DNA from: PVC group bacterium
Lineage (GTDB): Bacteria > Verrucomicrobiota > Kiritimatiellia > SLAD01
Direction: 5' to 3'
NCBI GenBank assembly: GCA_003562335.1
Contig: PWVE01000162.1
Coordinates: forward strand, 1 to 46,578
DNA: 46,578 bases
Shown: positions 36,496 to 46,462 of the stretch, piece by piece
How the letters are laid out: each line of letters begins with the position of its first letter
Numbering within the stretch: position 1 is the first letter of the stretch
The notes under the pieces: generated by a model
Database searches by the model: none
What the model was told of the DNA's origin: nothing
What the model saw: the letters and a program-made list of their open reading frames with translations, nothing else
Made by a program: the position numbers and the translations under genes

Positions 36496-36893
36496 TTGGT
36501 GATGTCGGCATCGCTCTGCACGCCGTCCGGTCCCAGGGAGCGCAAACTGTAGGAATTATCCGTGCGCGAGTAGACATACGCGTTGCCCCACGGGTCGGTC
36601 GGCAATCCGCCTTCCAGATACGGTCCGTTCCAGTTGCGTGCTCCGGGGTTGCTGACCAAGGCGTCGAGACTGGAGGGATACTCCCCGTTATCCAGCTCAT
36701 ACATGCGCAGGGCCAAGCCAATACTCTGAATGTCCGCCTGAGTCCGCGAGATTTCGGCCTGGCGTACACGCCCGCCTAAGCGCGGGATGGCAACCCCGAC
36801 CAGAATGCCGATAATCACCACTACCAACAGCACTTCGATCAACGTAAAACCAGCCCGCCGCCGACTCGATCGTCTATATGTTCTCTTTTGCAT
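36492..36893 (-). CDS. gspG: T2SS major pseudopilin
   Basis: AGFTLIEVLLVVVIIGILVGVAIP… followed by DIQSIGLALRMYELDNGEYPSSL…DPWGNAYVY, the typical GspG core. Confidence 0.9.
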   Translation of the reverse strand: MQKRTYRRSSRRRAGFTLIEVLLVVVIIGILVGVAIPRLGGRVRQAEISRTQADIQSIGLALRMYELDNGEYPSSLDALVSNPGARNWNGPYLEGGLPTDPWGNAYVYSRTDNSYSLRSLGPDGVQSDADITN

Positions 36894-36908
36894 TGCCTTC
36901 TCCGTTTC

Positions 36909-38177
36909 TTAAACATTCAACCCGCTCGTCAGGTCAAACACCGCCAACAACATACTAATAGCCACAAAGCCAACTAGCACGGCTATGGCCAAAATCAGGA
37001 CCGGCTCAATGATGGTCGTCAATAGTTTGACACTGCGGTCAAGCTCATGTTCATAGCGGTGCGCAATATGCGTCAACGCCCCGGTCATGTCACCGGTTTC
37101 CTCTCCCACCGCCAGCATATCGGTCAAGAGCACTGGGAAAATCCTCCCCGCCGCCAACGGCGCTGAAATGGTCGTTCCATCCGTAACCCGGTTGCGCGCA
37201 TTGCGAATCTCACCGGCAATCACCGAGTTCCCCATCGTATTCTCCACAATCGACAAGGCTTGCAGAACGGGCACGCCATTTTGCAGCAGCGCGCCCAGCG
37301 TCTGCGCAAACTGGGCATAGGCCCCGGCACTGATAATACCACGGATCACCGGTAGGCGCAATTGGGCCTCATGCCAGCGGCGGCGACCCTCGGGCTGACG
37401 TAAATAATGGCGTCCGGCCACAAACAGCGCCACGATGATCAACGCCATTAACCAACCGTAACGTACCAGCACCGTGCTGAACTGGATCAGAATCTGGGTG
37501 GGCAGCGGCAGCGTGCTGCCCAATTCCGCAAAGATTTGCGAAAAGCGGGGCACCACAAAAATCATGACGAAAAAGATGGTCAGGATACCGACCGCGATCA
37601 CAATGGCGGGATAAGATAAGGCCATCAAGACCTTCTCGCGCGCTTCCTGAACCCGCTCATAATGGCGACACAAGCGTTCCAGCACACCCGCCAGATCACC
37701 ACTGGCCTCACCCGCCCGTACCATGCTGACGAACAGGGTAGAGAAAGTCTCGGGCCGCTTGGCCAGGGCATCGGACAAACTATCGCCCTGCACAATTTCA
37801 TCGCGTAGCTGGGTAATAATCACGTCCTGCGCCTTACCCGTCTCGCGCTGGGCCAAGGTGTTCAGCGCGTTACCCAGCGTCATACCCGACGCCAGCAAAT
37901 CGCTCAGTTCACGCGTCAACAGCAGCACCTCGCGCATTTTCATGCGCGGCCCGCGGCGGCCCGGCCAGTTAAAGGCGACCGTGGGCTTGCCCTTCCCGGA
38001 TTTGCTTTTTTCGGCTTTCGCCGGTGACGGTGCCGCCGAGCCGCCCTCGCGCAGCACGATCGGTACCAAGCCGCGCCGCTCCAGTTGCAACAATGCCGCG
38101 CGCCGATCCGTTGCATCAACCGTACCGGACGTGCGTTCGCCGGACTGGGATTTGGCCATGTAAGAAAATACAGCCAT
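36909..38177 (-). CDS. gspF: T2SS inner-membrane platform protein
   Basis: 422 aa with a duplicated T2SSF-type domain and three transmembrane regions. It lies between gspE and gspG. Confidence 0.88.
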   Translation of the reverse strand: MAVFSYMAKSQSGERTSGTVDATDRRAALLQLERRGLVPIVLREGGSAAPSPAKAEKSKSGKGKPTVAFNWPGRRGPRMKMREVLLLTRELSDLLASGMTLGNALNTLAQRETGKAQDVIITQLRDEIVQGDSLSDALAKRPETFSTLFVSMVRAGEASGDLAGVLERLCRHYERVQEAREKVLMALSYPAIVIAVGILTIFFVMIFVVPRFSQIFAELGSTLPLPTQILIQFSTVLVRYGWLMALIIVALFVAGRHYLRQPEGRRRWHEAQLRLPVIRGIISAGAYAQFAQTLGALLQNGVPVLQALSIVENTMGNSVIAGEIRNARNRVTDGTTISAPLAAGRIFPVLLTDMLAVGEETGDMTGALTHIAHRYEHELDRSVKLLTTIIEPVLILAIAVLVGFVAISMLLAVFDLTSGLNV

Positions 38178-38188
38178 GACGTTTCCGC

Positions 38189-39907
38189 TCAGGTCTCCGC
38201 CAAATCTTCATTGTCTTCCGACACGCGCAAGACTTCTTCAATGGTCGTAATCCCCTGCACCACTTTGGTCCAGCCGTCGTGACGCAACGGTTTAAGCCCT
38301 TGCTTGAGGGCTAGATTCCGGATCTCCGTGGAGCTGGCACGGGCCACCACCAGCGGCCGGATACGTTCGTTCACCACGATAATCTCGTAGATCCCGGTTC
38401 GGCCGGTGAAGCCGGTATTCCGACATTCATCACAGCCCACGGCTTCGTAAATCGAGCCTTCCTCCAGCCGTCCCAGCGGGAACCCGATACTGTCCAAAAA
38501 CTCACGATCGGGAGTGACAGGGCGCCGACAATGCGTGCATAGCCGCCGGACCAGACGCTGGGCGATCAGGCCCTCGACCGACGAGGCCACCAGAAAGGGT
38601 TCAATCCCCATATCCACCAGGCGCGTCACGGCTCCGGCCGCATCGTTGGTGTGCAAGGTGCTGAACACCAAGTGCCCGGTCAGTGCGGCGCGAATGGCGA
38701 TTTCGGCCGTTTCCCGGTCACGAATCTCACCCACCATAATCACGTCGGGATCCTGCCGCAAAATATGGCGCAGCCCGGTGGCGAAGGATAACCCGATCTC
38801 CGACCGCACCTGGATCTGGTTGATCCCGGCCATCTCATACTCGATTGGTTCTTCAATGGTGATGATGCGCTTATCGATGGAGTTGATCGTATGCAACCAG
38901 GCATATAAAGAGGTCGACTTACCCGACCCGGTCGGACCGGTCACCAGCAGGATGCCGTGCGGCTTGGTGATCAACTTCTTCAGCTTTGTTTCGTCGTTCT
39001 TGTCCAACCCCAGCTTGTCGAGCCCGGTCAAGCCACTGTGCCGCATCAGCAAGCGCAAACTAACGCTCTCACCATAGACCGTTGGCATCGTGGACACGCG
39101 CACATCGATATCCTCGCCGCGAATCTTCAAACTAATGCGGCCATCCTGTGGCAGACGCTTTTCCGCGATGTCCATGTTGGACATGACCTTGATGCGTGAG
39201 ATGATCGAGGCTTGGAACCGTTTGAGATGGGCCGGGACCGGTGTCTGATGCAGGACCCCGTCGATGCGGTAGCGAATGCGCAAGGACGTCTCCATCGGTT
39301 CCAGATGAATGTCCGTGGCGCGGTCCTGATAGGCTTCCCAAATGATTTGGTTCACGAATTTGACGACCGACGCTTCCTGGTCCACGTCGCTTAAGTCCTT
39401 CTTGGCATCATCTTCCGGCGCCAACTCAATGCGATCATCCTGAATCATGCGCTCAAGGGTATCGGCGCCGACCCCGTAGAACTTAGTGGACGCCTTGGCA
39501 ATATCGGCCGACGGACTCAATGCCAACCGGACCCGGGCACCCGATGCCATCCGCAGGGCATCGATCAAGCCGGGCATAAACGGATCGTGTGTCGCTACGC
39601 GCAGCGTGCCGTTTTCCGCCGCCACCGGAATAACATTGTACTGGAAAACCACCTTGGTGGATAGCCGCTCCAGCACCGCACTTTCGATCACCTTGTCGGC
39701 CAGCCGCACAAAGGGAATGCCCATGGCTTGGGCCAGCCCCTCCAAAAATTGGTCTTCACGCGCGTAACCGCGTTCGACCACCACGTCCGCGATCGACCGG
39801 CCACTGGCATGCTGGCGCTGCAACAGATCCTCCACTTGTTCCGGGGTGAACAAACCGGAGCGATCCAGCAAGGCGGCTAGTTTGGTTCCTGTAGGCGAAG
39901 TACTCAT
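38189..39907 (-). CDS. gspE: T2SS ATPase
   Basis: N-terminal MshEN/T2SSE_N-like domain. Walker A is LVTGPTGSGKSTSLYA, followed by the GEIRD box. Tetracysteine motif CTHC…CDEC. I chose the ATG at 39907; the track start at 39943 is TTG. Confidence 0.92.
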   Translation of the reverse strand: MSTSPTGTKLAALLDRSGLFTPEQVEDLLQRQHASGRSIADVVVERGYAREDQFLEGLAQAMGIPFVRLADKVIESAVLERLSTKVVFQYNVIPVAAENGTLRVATHDPFMPGLIDALRMASGARVRLALSPSADIAKASTKFYGVGADTLERMIQDDRIELAPEDDAKKDLSDVDQEASVVKFVNQIIWEAYQDRATDIHLEPMETSLRIRYRIDGVLHQTPVPAHLKRFQASIISRIKVMSNMDIAEKRLPQDGRISLKIRGEDIDVRVSTMPTVYGESVSLRLLMRHSGLTGLDKLGLDKNDETKLKKLITKPHGILLVTGPTGSGKSTSLYAWLHTINSIDKRIITIEEPIEYEMAGINQIQVRSEIGLSFATGLRHILRQDPDVIMVGEIRDRETAEIAIRAALTGHLVFSTLHTNDAAGAVTRLVDMGIEPFLVASSVEGLIAQRLVRRLCTHCRRPVTPDREFLDSIGFPLGRLEEGSIYEAVGCDECRNTGFTGRTGIYEIIVVNERIRPLVVARASSTEIRNLALKQGLKPLRHDGWTKVVQGITTIEEVLRVSEDNEDLAET

Positions 39908-40007
39908 CAGTAATCGCAAGCGTACGGCTCTGCGGGGTTGCAATCAAGTACAGATCACATGGAATACGGCATTGAAACCTGGCTGAATCGGCGGCACAAT
40001 CCCGCGC

Positions 40008-41123
40008 GTGAAATGCTGTATCGATATCCAAGCCGCACTGGCGCAGCGGGCCGGTGTGGGACGTTATACCAAGGCGTTGGTGGAACAGTTGGGCCCATTG
40101 GCCGGGACCGACGCACTGCGTTGCTTCTATTTCGACTTCAAACAGCGCGGTTTGCCATTTGCCGTCCCCGGAGCCGAAATTCGCCATGTGCGCTGGTGGC
40201 CGGGCCGGGTGGCGCAAAAGATGTGGAAAACCCTCTATTTCCCCCCGTTTGACGCATTTGCCGGCCCGGCGGATGTCTATCATTTCCCGAACTTTGTCAT
40301 CCCGCCCCTGCGCCGGGGCCGGGCCGTGGTCACCATCCATGACGTTTCGTTTCTGCGCTTTCCCGAGGCGGCGGAGCCAAAGAACTTGCGCTACCTGAAC
40401 AACCAAATCCGACGTACCGTGCAACGGGCGGACTTGATCCTGACCGACTCCCACTTTTCCGCCCGGGAAATGCAGGAATGTTTAGCGGTCCCCGCCGATC
40501 GAATCGCCACCGTACACCTCGGCTTGACACCAAACATGAAGCCGCCAGCCGCCGACGCCGTGACGGCCATGCGCACGGCGCTCAATCTCGATCGCCCCTA
40601 TCTGTTGTTTGTCGGCACGGTCGAGCCGCGCAAGAACATTCCGTTCCTGATTGAGGTCTTTGAGCAGCTCAAGGGGTTCGACGGGGACTTGGTCATCGCC
40701 GGCATGCGTGGCTGGAAATATGCCCCCATACTGGAACGGTGGCAGCAGTCGCCACAACGCGACCGCATTCGCTATTTGGACTACGTACCCGAGGAACACC
40801 TCCCCGCACTGTACACCGGCGCGGAAGCCTTTGTGTTTCCGTCCTTGTACGAGGGATTCGGGTTCCCGCCCCTGGAAGCCATGTGCTGCGGCACCCCGGT
40901 GGTCGCGTCACGCGCGGGCTCTTTGCCAGAGGTACTCGGCGACGCGGCCGCCTACGCGGACATCGCCGCTATCGACGACTGGCTGGCCACGCTGGACGAC
41001 GTGCTCCACAATACCGAGCGTCGGGCGACCCTGCGTGCCGCCGGTCATCAGCAAACCGCCCGCTACACCTGGGAAGCGGCCGCGCGCGAGACCTGGGCCT
41101 GCTACCGTCGGGTGGCCTCGTGA
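40008..41123 (+). CDS. glycosyltransferase family 4 (GT-B, GT1-type)
   Basis: GVGRYTKALVEQL N-terminus and the EX7E region [27 protein letters not shown] start. Confidence 0.85.
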   Translation: MKCCIDIQAALAQRAGVGRYTKALVEQLGPLAGTDALRCFYFDFKQRGLPFAVPGAEIRHVRWWPGRVAQKMWKTLYFPPFDAFAGPADVYHFPNFVIPPLRRGRAVVTIHDVSFLRFPEAAEPKNLRYLNNQIRRTVQRADLILTDSHFSAREMQECLAVPADRIATVHLGLTPNMKPPAADAVTAMRTALNLDRPYLLFVGTVEPRKNIPFLIEVFEQLKGFDGDLVIAGMRGWKYAPILERWQQSPQRDRIRYLDYVPEEHLPALYTGAEAFVFPSLYEGFGFPPLEAMCCGTPVVASRAGSLPEVLGDAAAYADIAAIDDWLATLDDVLHNTERRATLRAAGHQQTARYTWEAAARETWACYRRVAS

Positions 41124-42265
41124 AAATCGTCCTCGACGCCCGCTGGATTTTTCCGGAAATCACCGGTATTGGCTCGTACACCCGTGAATTAATCCAGCAA
41201 CTTGCCCGGCTGGATCGCCATAACGACTATGTCCTGTTGTTTGCCAGCGAAGAGCTACGCACGCGCACGGCCGCCGAAACCGATTGGGACGCCGCGCCGA
41301 ATTTTAGCGCACAGGTCCTGCCCTACGGTCTCTTTTCCGTAACGAACCAGTGGCAACTGCCCCGTTGGCTGCGCACCCAGAAGGCGGACCTTTATCACAG
41401 TCCTAATTTCATGATTCCGCTGACGGCATTCCCGCGACACCGGCGCGGGCGAACCGCCGCCGTAGTCACGATTCACGATCTCATCCCGCTACGCTTCCCC
41501 GAATGGACTCCGCGCGCCTTGAAATCCCGGTTTCACCCGCTCTATCGCGGCATCATGCGGGAAGTTGCGGCGCGCGCGGACCACATCATCACGGTCAGCC
41601 AAACCTCGCGTAACGATATCCTGGAATGCCTCCTGCCCACCACCGCCGCCGCATCGCGGGTCACGGCGATCTACAACGGGGTCAATGCCAACTTTGCCCC
41701 ACCCGCAGCCCCACCGGCCACCGCCACGCCGCCCACCATTCTCTATGTCGGACGCATGGACCCCTACAAAAACGTGCCGGACTTGATCCGCATTTTCAGT
41801 GAGCTGGTAAACCAAGACGGGCTCGACGCCCGGTTGCGCTTGATCGGCCCCCGCGATCCCCGCTACCCACAGGTCGAAGCCACCATTGCGGCGACCGGCA
41901 TCGGTGACCGCGTCGACTGGCCCGGTTACGTCTCCGGCGACGAGCTGCGCCAGGCGTATCAGCAGGCCACTGTCTTCGTTATGCCTTCCTTATATGAGGG
42001 TTTCGGGCTGCCGGTACTGGAGGCTATGGCCTGCGGGACACCGGTCGTCTGTAGCAATCGCGCATCACTGCCTGAGGTGGCGGGCAACGCCGCCTGGTTA
42101 CTGGATCCGACCGACCACACCGGTTGGCGCCAAGCCTTGAAGACCCTCTGCACCCAACCGGATCAGGCCGCACAATGGCGTGCCAAAGGCCTGGCCCGCG
42201 CGGCGGAATTCACTTGGACACGCACAGCGGAACAAACCATACAGGTCTATCACGAACTAGGTTAA
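41120..42265 (+). CDS. glycosyltransferase family 4, paralog of the preceding gene
   Basis: The start is a GTG at 41120 overlapping the previous stop (GTGA). [28 protein letters not shown] and [24 protein letters not shown]. The upstream part of the track ORF (40739-41119) is an out-of-frame overlap of the first glycosyltransferase gene. Confidence 0.85.
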   Translation: MKIVLDARWIFPEITGIGSYTRELIQQLARLDRHNDYVLLFASEELRTRTAAETDWDAAPNFSAQVLPYGLFSVTNQWQLPRWLRTQKADLYHSPNFMIPLTAFPRHRRGRTAAVVTIHDLIPLRFPEWTPRALKSRFHPLYRGIMREVAARADHIITVSQTSRNDILECLLPTTAAASRVTAIYNGVNANFAPPAAPPATATPPTILYVGRMDPYKNVPDLIRIFSELVNQDGLDARLRLIGPRDPRYPQVEATIAATGIGDRVDWPGYVSGDELRQAYQQATVFVMPSLYEGFGLPVLEAMACGTPVVCSNRASLPEVAGNAAWLLDPTDHTGWRQALKTLCTQPDQAAQWRAKGLARAAEFTWTRTAEQTIQVYHELG

Positions 42266-42825
42266 ACCGCCAAAAAATTAGCCAACATGCGTTTGCCGTC
42301 CTGGGTCAGAATGGATTCCGGATGGAATTGCACGCCGAAAACGGGTTCGCTGCGGTGTTGCAACCCCATGATTTCGCCCTCAGCGGTTTCGGCGGTGATC
42401 TTCAGTATGTCCGGCAGACTCTCCCGCTCCACCAGCAGCGAATGGTAACGCGTGGCCTCAAACGGGTTCGGCATCCCCTTGAAAATACCCTCCCCGGTGT
42501 GCTGGATGGGCGAGGTCTTGCCATGCATTAAGCGGTCGGCCCGTACCACCTTGCCCCCGTACACCTGACCCAGGCATTGATGACCCAGGCAGACGCCGAA
42601 AACCGGTATGCGCCCGGCAAAGGCCTCGATCGCCGCACAGGAGATGCCGGCCTCTTTCGGCGAACACGGCCCCGGACTGATCAGCAACCGCTCGGGCGCC
42701 AGCGCCTCAATGTCCGGCACCGTAATCGTGTCGTTCCGTTCCACGCGCACTTCCGCCCCGAGTTCGCCCAGGTATTGCACCAGGTTGTACGTGAACGAAT
42801 CGTAGTTATCGATGACCAGGATCAT
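42262..42825 (-). CDS. trpG: anthranilate synthase component II (glutamine amidotransferase, TrpG/PabA type)
   Basis: [30 protein letters not shown] and FGVQFHPES. Confidence 0.9.
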   Translation of the reverse strand: MILVIDNYDSFTYNLVQYLGELGAEVRVERNDTITVPDIEALAPERLLISPGPCSPKEAGISCAAIEAFAGRIPVFGVCLGHQCLGQVYGGKVVRADRLMHGKTSPIQHTGEGIFKGMPNPFEATRYHSLLVERESLPDILKITAETAEGEIMGLQHRSEPVFGVQFHPESILTQDGKRMLANFLAV

Positions 42826-44342
42826 TGGGTGTCCCCCTCGCGCACGGCCTTGTACCGACGGGCTAAGCCCAGGGCCTTGATCATCCCACGCGCTTTGTTT
42901 TGCGTTTCTTCGAATTCCTTAACTGGATCCGAATCGGCCACAATCCCCGCTCCCGCCTGCACGTACGCCCGGCCCGGCTCCATTAACACGGTCCGAATGG
43001 TGATGCAGGAGTCCAAGTTGCCTGAAAATCCGATGTACGCCACCGCACCGGCGTACGCGCCGCGCCGCGCCGATTCCAGCTCGGCAATGATCTCCATCGC
43101 CCGCACTTTCGGCGCGCCGCTTACCGTGCCCGCCGGGAAAGTGGCGCGCAAAACGTCATAGGCGTCCTTGTCCGCAGCCAGTTCCCCTTTCACGTCCGAC
43201 ACAATGTGCATGACGTGACTGTAACGCTCAATGACCATCAATTCCGGAACCTGCACGCTGCCGTACGTGCACACACGCCCCAGGTCGTTGCGCCCAAGAT
43301 CCACCAACATGATATGCTCTGCCCGCTCCTTGGGGTCCGCCAACAACTCAGTCTCCAAGGCTTTATCCTGTGCAGGATCCTTGGCCCGCGGGCGTGTCCC
43401 GGCGATCGGGCGCACTTCCACCTGGCCCTCTTCGCAGCGCACATGAATTTCCGGTGACGAGCCCACCACCGCCCGGTCGGCAAAATCGAGGCAGAACATG
43501 TAGGGCGAGGGGTTGACCGAGCGCAGGGCGCGATAGACATCCAAGGGGGCCGCGTCCAGATCGGCCTCGAACCGTTGCGACAAAACCACCTGGATCACAT
43601 CGCCGGCCCGGATATACTCCTTGGCCTGTTCCACCGCCGCCGTGAAATGGGCGGGCGTCGTGTTCGACCGATGCTCCAAAGCGGCCGGCGCCTCATGGGC
43701 GTCCAGTACGTAGAGCGGTACCGCCGTGGCCAACTGCGCGCATAGCGCATCAATCCGTGCGACGGCGTCGTCGTAGGCGGCGGCCGGATCGTCCTCAATG
43801 AAGGCGTTGGCCACCACCTTCATGCTATGCCGCACATGATCAAAAATAATGATGGTGTCCGTGATGCTGAAGATCATGTCCGGCCAGTCCAGCCCGGGCT
43901 GATCGCACAAAGGGACGCGCTCAAATTGCGCCACGGCATCGTACCCGATATACCCTACCGCCCCGCCATAAAATCGCGGCAAGGCCGGGTCGGGCACCGG
44001 GGTATAACGGGCCATGTGCGTTTGCAAGGCGGCCAGCGGCTCCACGTCCTCCTGCACCTCGCGCCGTCCATCGGCATACGTGATCTCCACCCGGCGCCCA
44101 TACGCCCGCAGCAACGCCCGCGGGGCACCGCCCAGAAAGGAGTAACGGGCAATATGTTCGCCCCCCTCCACGCTTTCCAGTAGAAACGCGCCCGCCGCCC
44201 GGCCTTCGCGTTCCAAGGCGGTGCGCACGCGTTCATACGCCAGTACCGGCGTTTCCTGGTCCGCCAGAAATTCGCGCCAGACCGGGATCAGATTCCCGCT
44301 GGCCGCGCGTTCACAAAAGGTGGCTTTGTCCGGAGCATACAT
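42822..44342 (-). CDS. trpE: anthranilate synthase component I
   Basis: [38 protein letters not shown] and [24 protein letters not shown]. Confidence 0.9.
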   Translation of the reverse strand: MYAPDKATFCERAASGNLIPVWREFLADQETPVLAYERVRTALEREGRAAGAFLLESVEGGEHIARYSFLGGAPRALLRAYGRRVEITYADGRREVQEDVEPLAALQTHMARYTPVPDPALPRFYGGAVGYIGYDAVAQFERVPLCDQPGLDWPDMIFSITDTIIIFDHVRHSMKVVANAFIEDDPAAAYDDAVARIDALCAQLATAVPLYVLDAHEAPAALEHRSNTTPAHFTAAVEQAKEYIRAGDVIQVVLSQRFEADLDAAPLDVYRALRSVNPSPYMFCLDFADRAVVGSSPEIHVRCEEGQVEVRPIAGTRPRAKDPAQDKALETELLADPKERAEHIMLVDLGRNDLGRVCTYGSVQVPELMVIERYSHVMHIVSDVKGELAADKDAYDVLRATFPAGTVSGAPKVRAMEIIAELESARRGAYAGAVAYIGFSGNLDSCITIRTVLMEPGRAYVQAGAGIVADSDPVKEFEETQNKARGMIKALGLARRYKAVREGDTQ

Positions 44343-44354
44343 CCGCGTATATCC

Positions 44355-44771
44355 TCAAGGCTCCTCGTTCACCAATTGGCCGGTGGCCCAGTCCAGGCGT
44401 CGATAATAACAGCCGTGCCGCGCTTTGCCGGCCTGATTGCGCGTGTGACACATGCCCCCGCCCTTGGGGCGGACGATGAACAAGAGGGAGTTCTGCTCAC
44501 AATTCACGCGCACCTCCAGCAACTCAAACGTGTTGCCCGACTCCATCCCCTTGTGCCAAAGCGTATTGCGCGAGGTGCTCCAAAAGACCGCTTCCCGGAT
44601 GTCCAACGACCGCTGAAACGCCTGTTCATTAACGTACGCCACCAAAATCACCGCGCGCGAATCCGCGTCCTGCCCCGCCACGGGAATAATGTCCGACGAG
44701 GACGCGACCGCCTTCGCCAACTTCTTGAAATCCAGTGTTAGTTCGTTTCCTTCTTCGAGTGCCTGTCCCAT
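44355..44771 (-). CDS. hisI: phosphoribosyl-AMP cyclohydrolase-like protein
   Basis: [25 protein letters not shown]…[18 protein letters not shown]…MCHT matches the HisI fold signature. The metal-site motifs are divergent (see findings). It overlaps hisF by 34 nt. Confidence 0.75.
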   Translation of the reverse strand: MGQALEEGNELTLDFKKLAKAVASSSDIIPVAGQDADSRAVILVAYVNEQAFQRSLDIREAVFWSTSRNTLWHKGMESGNTFELLEVRVNCEQNSLLFIVRPKGGGMCHTRNQAGKARHGCYYRRLDWATGQLVNEEP

Positions 44772-45523
44772 CGTACTTCAACTCCTTTTTCCTGTAGATA
44801 CTCTTTGGTCTGCGGAATAGTGAACGTGCCGAAATGGAAGATCGAGGCCGCCAGTACCGCATCGGCTTTACCCTCCGTCACGGCGGCCACCAGGTGGTCC
44901 AGCGTCCCGGCCCCGCCCGAAGCAATCACCGGCACGGGCACCGCTTCCGATACAGCCCGCGTCAATTCCAAGTCGTAGCCGTCCTGCGTACCGTCTGCGT
45001 CCATACTGGTCAACAAGATTTCGCCCGCCCCGCGCGCCACGCCCTCGCGCGCCCAGGCCACGGCGTCCAACATCGTCGGCTGGCGTCCACCATGCGTATA
45101 CACCGTCCAACCGCCGCGCCCGTTCCGGCGGGCATCGATCGCCAGCACCACGCATTGGCTGCCAAAACGATTGGCCGCTTCACCAAGCAGGTCCGGGTTA
45201 AGGATCGCCGCCGTGTTCAGCGACACCTTATCCGCGCCCGCCTGCAACAGTCGGCGCACATCCGCACACGTGCGAATACCGCCGCCCACCGTGAGCGGCA
45301 TGAATACACAGGCCGCCACTTGTTTCACCACTTCCAGAATCGTGTCTCGCTCCTCGTGCGAAGCGGTGATATCCAAAAACGTCAACTCATCGGCCCCTTG
45401 CGCTTCATAGGCCTGTGCTTGCTGGACCGGATCACCCGCATCGCGCAGTTCCAAAAACTTAACCCCCTTCACCACGCGACCATTGGCTATATCCAGACAC
45501 GGTATAATTCGTTTTGCCGTCAT
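44738..45523 (-). CDS. hisF: imidazole glycerol phosphate synthase, cyclase subunit
   Basis: [30 protein letters not shown] and IASGGAG. GGGGAG Shine-Dalgarno lies upstream. Confidence 0.93.
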   Translation of the reverse strand: MTAKRIIPCLDIANGRVVKGVKFLELRDAGDPVQQAQAYEAQGADELTFLDITASHEERDTILEVVKQVAACVFMPLTVGGGIRTCADVRRLLQAGADKVSLNTAAILNPDLLGEAANRFGSQCVVLAIDARRNGRGGWTVYTHGGRQPTMLDAVAWAREGVARGAGEILLTSMDADGTQDGYDLELTRAVSEAVPVPVIASGGAGTLDHLVAAVTEGKADAVLAASIFHFGTFTIPQTKEYLQEKGVEVRWDRHSKKETN

Positions 45524-45800
45524 ACAATCGTTCTCCCCTGCAACAGAGCGGGCATGTAATCACAAATTCGGGGCGGTGACCAGCCCGCGCTGAGCCGATT
45601 GCGCAGTTGGAAAGGTGCGTGAATAGGAGCTGAAAAGAGGGTGCGGAATTTCAATCCCCTAGCCCGTTAAAATATGGGCACGATAACGGACCTGTTCATG
45701 TCACAGACCCTGAAACAGGGACACCGAAACAGTGTCGCCGTAGCCTTGCAGTGCTGGTAACACCGGCCCTCCTGCGCTTCCCTCGCAAGGCTCCGGCGGG

Positions 45801-45837
45801 CAGCCTTCGCTTTCCGCTGCGCTGCAAGCGAAGGCTG
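45801..45837 (-). terminator. 12-bp perfect hairpin abutting the tRNA-Val 3' end (terminator or processing structure, no U-tract)
   Basis: CAGCCTTCGCTT (45801-45812) pairs with AAGCGAAGGCTG (45826-45837), with a 13-nt loop. Positions 45836-45837 are also the last two nt of the encoded CCA. Confidence 0.4.
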
Positions 45838-45911
45838 GTGGGCGGTACAGGACTCGAACCTGTAACATTCACGGTGTAAACGTGACGCTCTGCCAATTGA
45901 GCTAACCGCCC
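45836..45911 (-). tRNA. trnV: tRNA-Val (anticodon TAC), 76 nt, CCA encoded
   Basis: Hand-folded sequence: GGGCGGT TA GCTC AATTGGCA GAGC G TCACG TTTACAC CGTGA ATGTT ACAGG TTCGAGT CCTGT ACCGCCC A CCA. All four stems are Watson-Crick and the T-loop is GTTCGAGTC. Confidence 0.93.
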
Positions 45912-46036
45912 GTGCGAATGCGCATGTTGCTTGTGCCGGAACAAGGGGGCACTTGTCAAGCTGCCCTGCTGGACTGGCCCGACTCACCAACCAGGCGAAG
46001 GGTACGTACACGCCGAGCTATCCCACGCGGGAGGGT

Positions 46037-46462
46037 TCAGAAGAGAAAGCCAAGTCCTGCCGCTGCGAGCCAATCGTCATCCCCACTGCTGACCCGGCGG
46101 TATCCGCCAAGGTTCAAAAGCAGTTTTCTAATGCTGTATTCGACCTCAAGGCCGACAAAAGATTGTGCGGTATCGACTTCAATCGGCGCGATCCAGGTTT
46201 GCAGGAAAGCGGCCTTGAGGGCATAGCCCATGCGCGCTTCCCCCGTGTTGTCCCAGCCAAAGGCCAGCTTGCCACCGCCGATACCTGCTTCCGCCTGGAT
46301 GGCGGGTCGCAGATGTCCGGTGGGCTGGCTGAAGCGCAAGCCAGCCGCCCCGCTGACGATCAGGGGCGTGGACGCCCTCATAACGAGAAAAGGGTCGGCC
46401 GCTTGCGCGGCCATCCCTAAGCCACAGATGACAATAAGTAGTAGGATAGCCGTTCTTTTCAT
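46037..46462 (-). CDS. small secreted protein, probable outer-membrane beta-barrel-like protein
   Basis: Signal peptide MKRTAILLLIVICGLGMAAQA-AD, alternating hydrophobic pattern, and a C-terminal …GLGFLF ending in Phe. Confidence 0.6.
   Translation of the reverse strand: MKRTAILLLIVICGLGMAAQAADPFLVMRASTPLIVSGAAGLRFSQPTGHLRPAIQAEAGIGGGKLAFGWDNTGEARMGYALKAAFLQTWIAPIEVDTAQSFVGLEVEYSIRKLLLNLGGYRRVSSGDDDWLAAAGLGFLF

Noticed and set aside
45931-45959. A sigma-70 promoter for tRNA-Val, based on a perfect TTGACA (minus strand, 45959-45954).
   Set aside because: The hexamer 17 nt downstream is GCACAA, which is not a credible -10. This is too weak to report as a feature.
45667-46011. 114-aa and 87-aa minus-strand ORFs spanning the tRNA-Val locus.
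   Set aside because: They run straight through a cleanly folding tRNA gene and its hairpin, and I recognise no protein signature in them.
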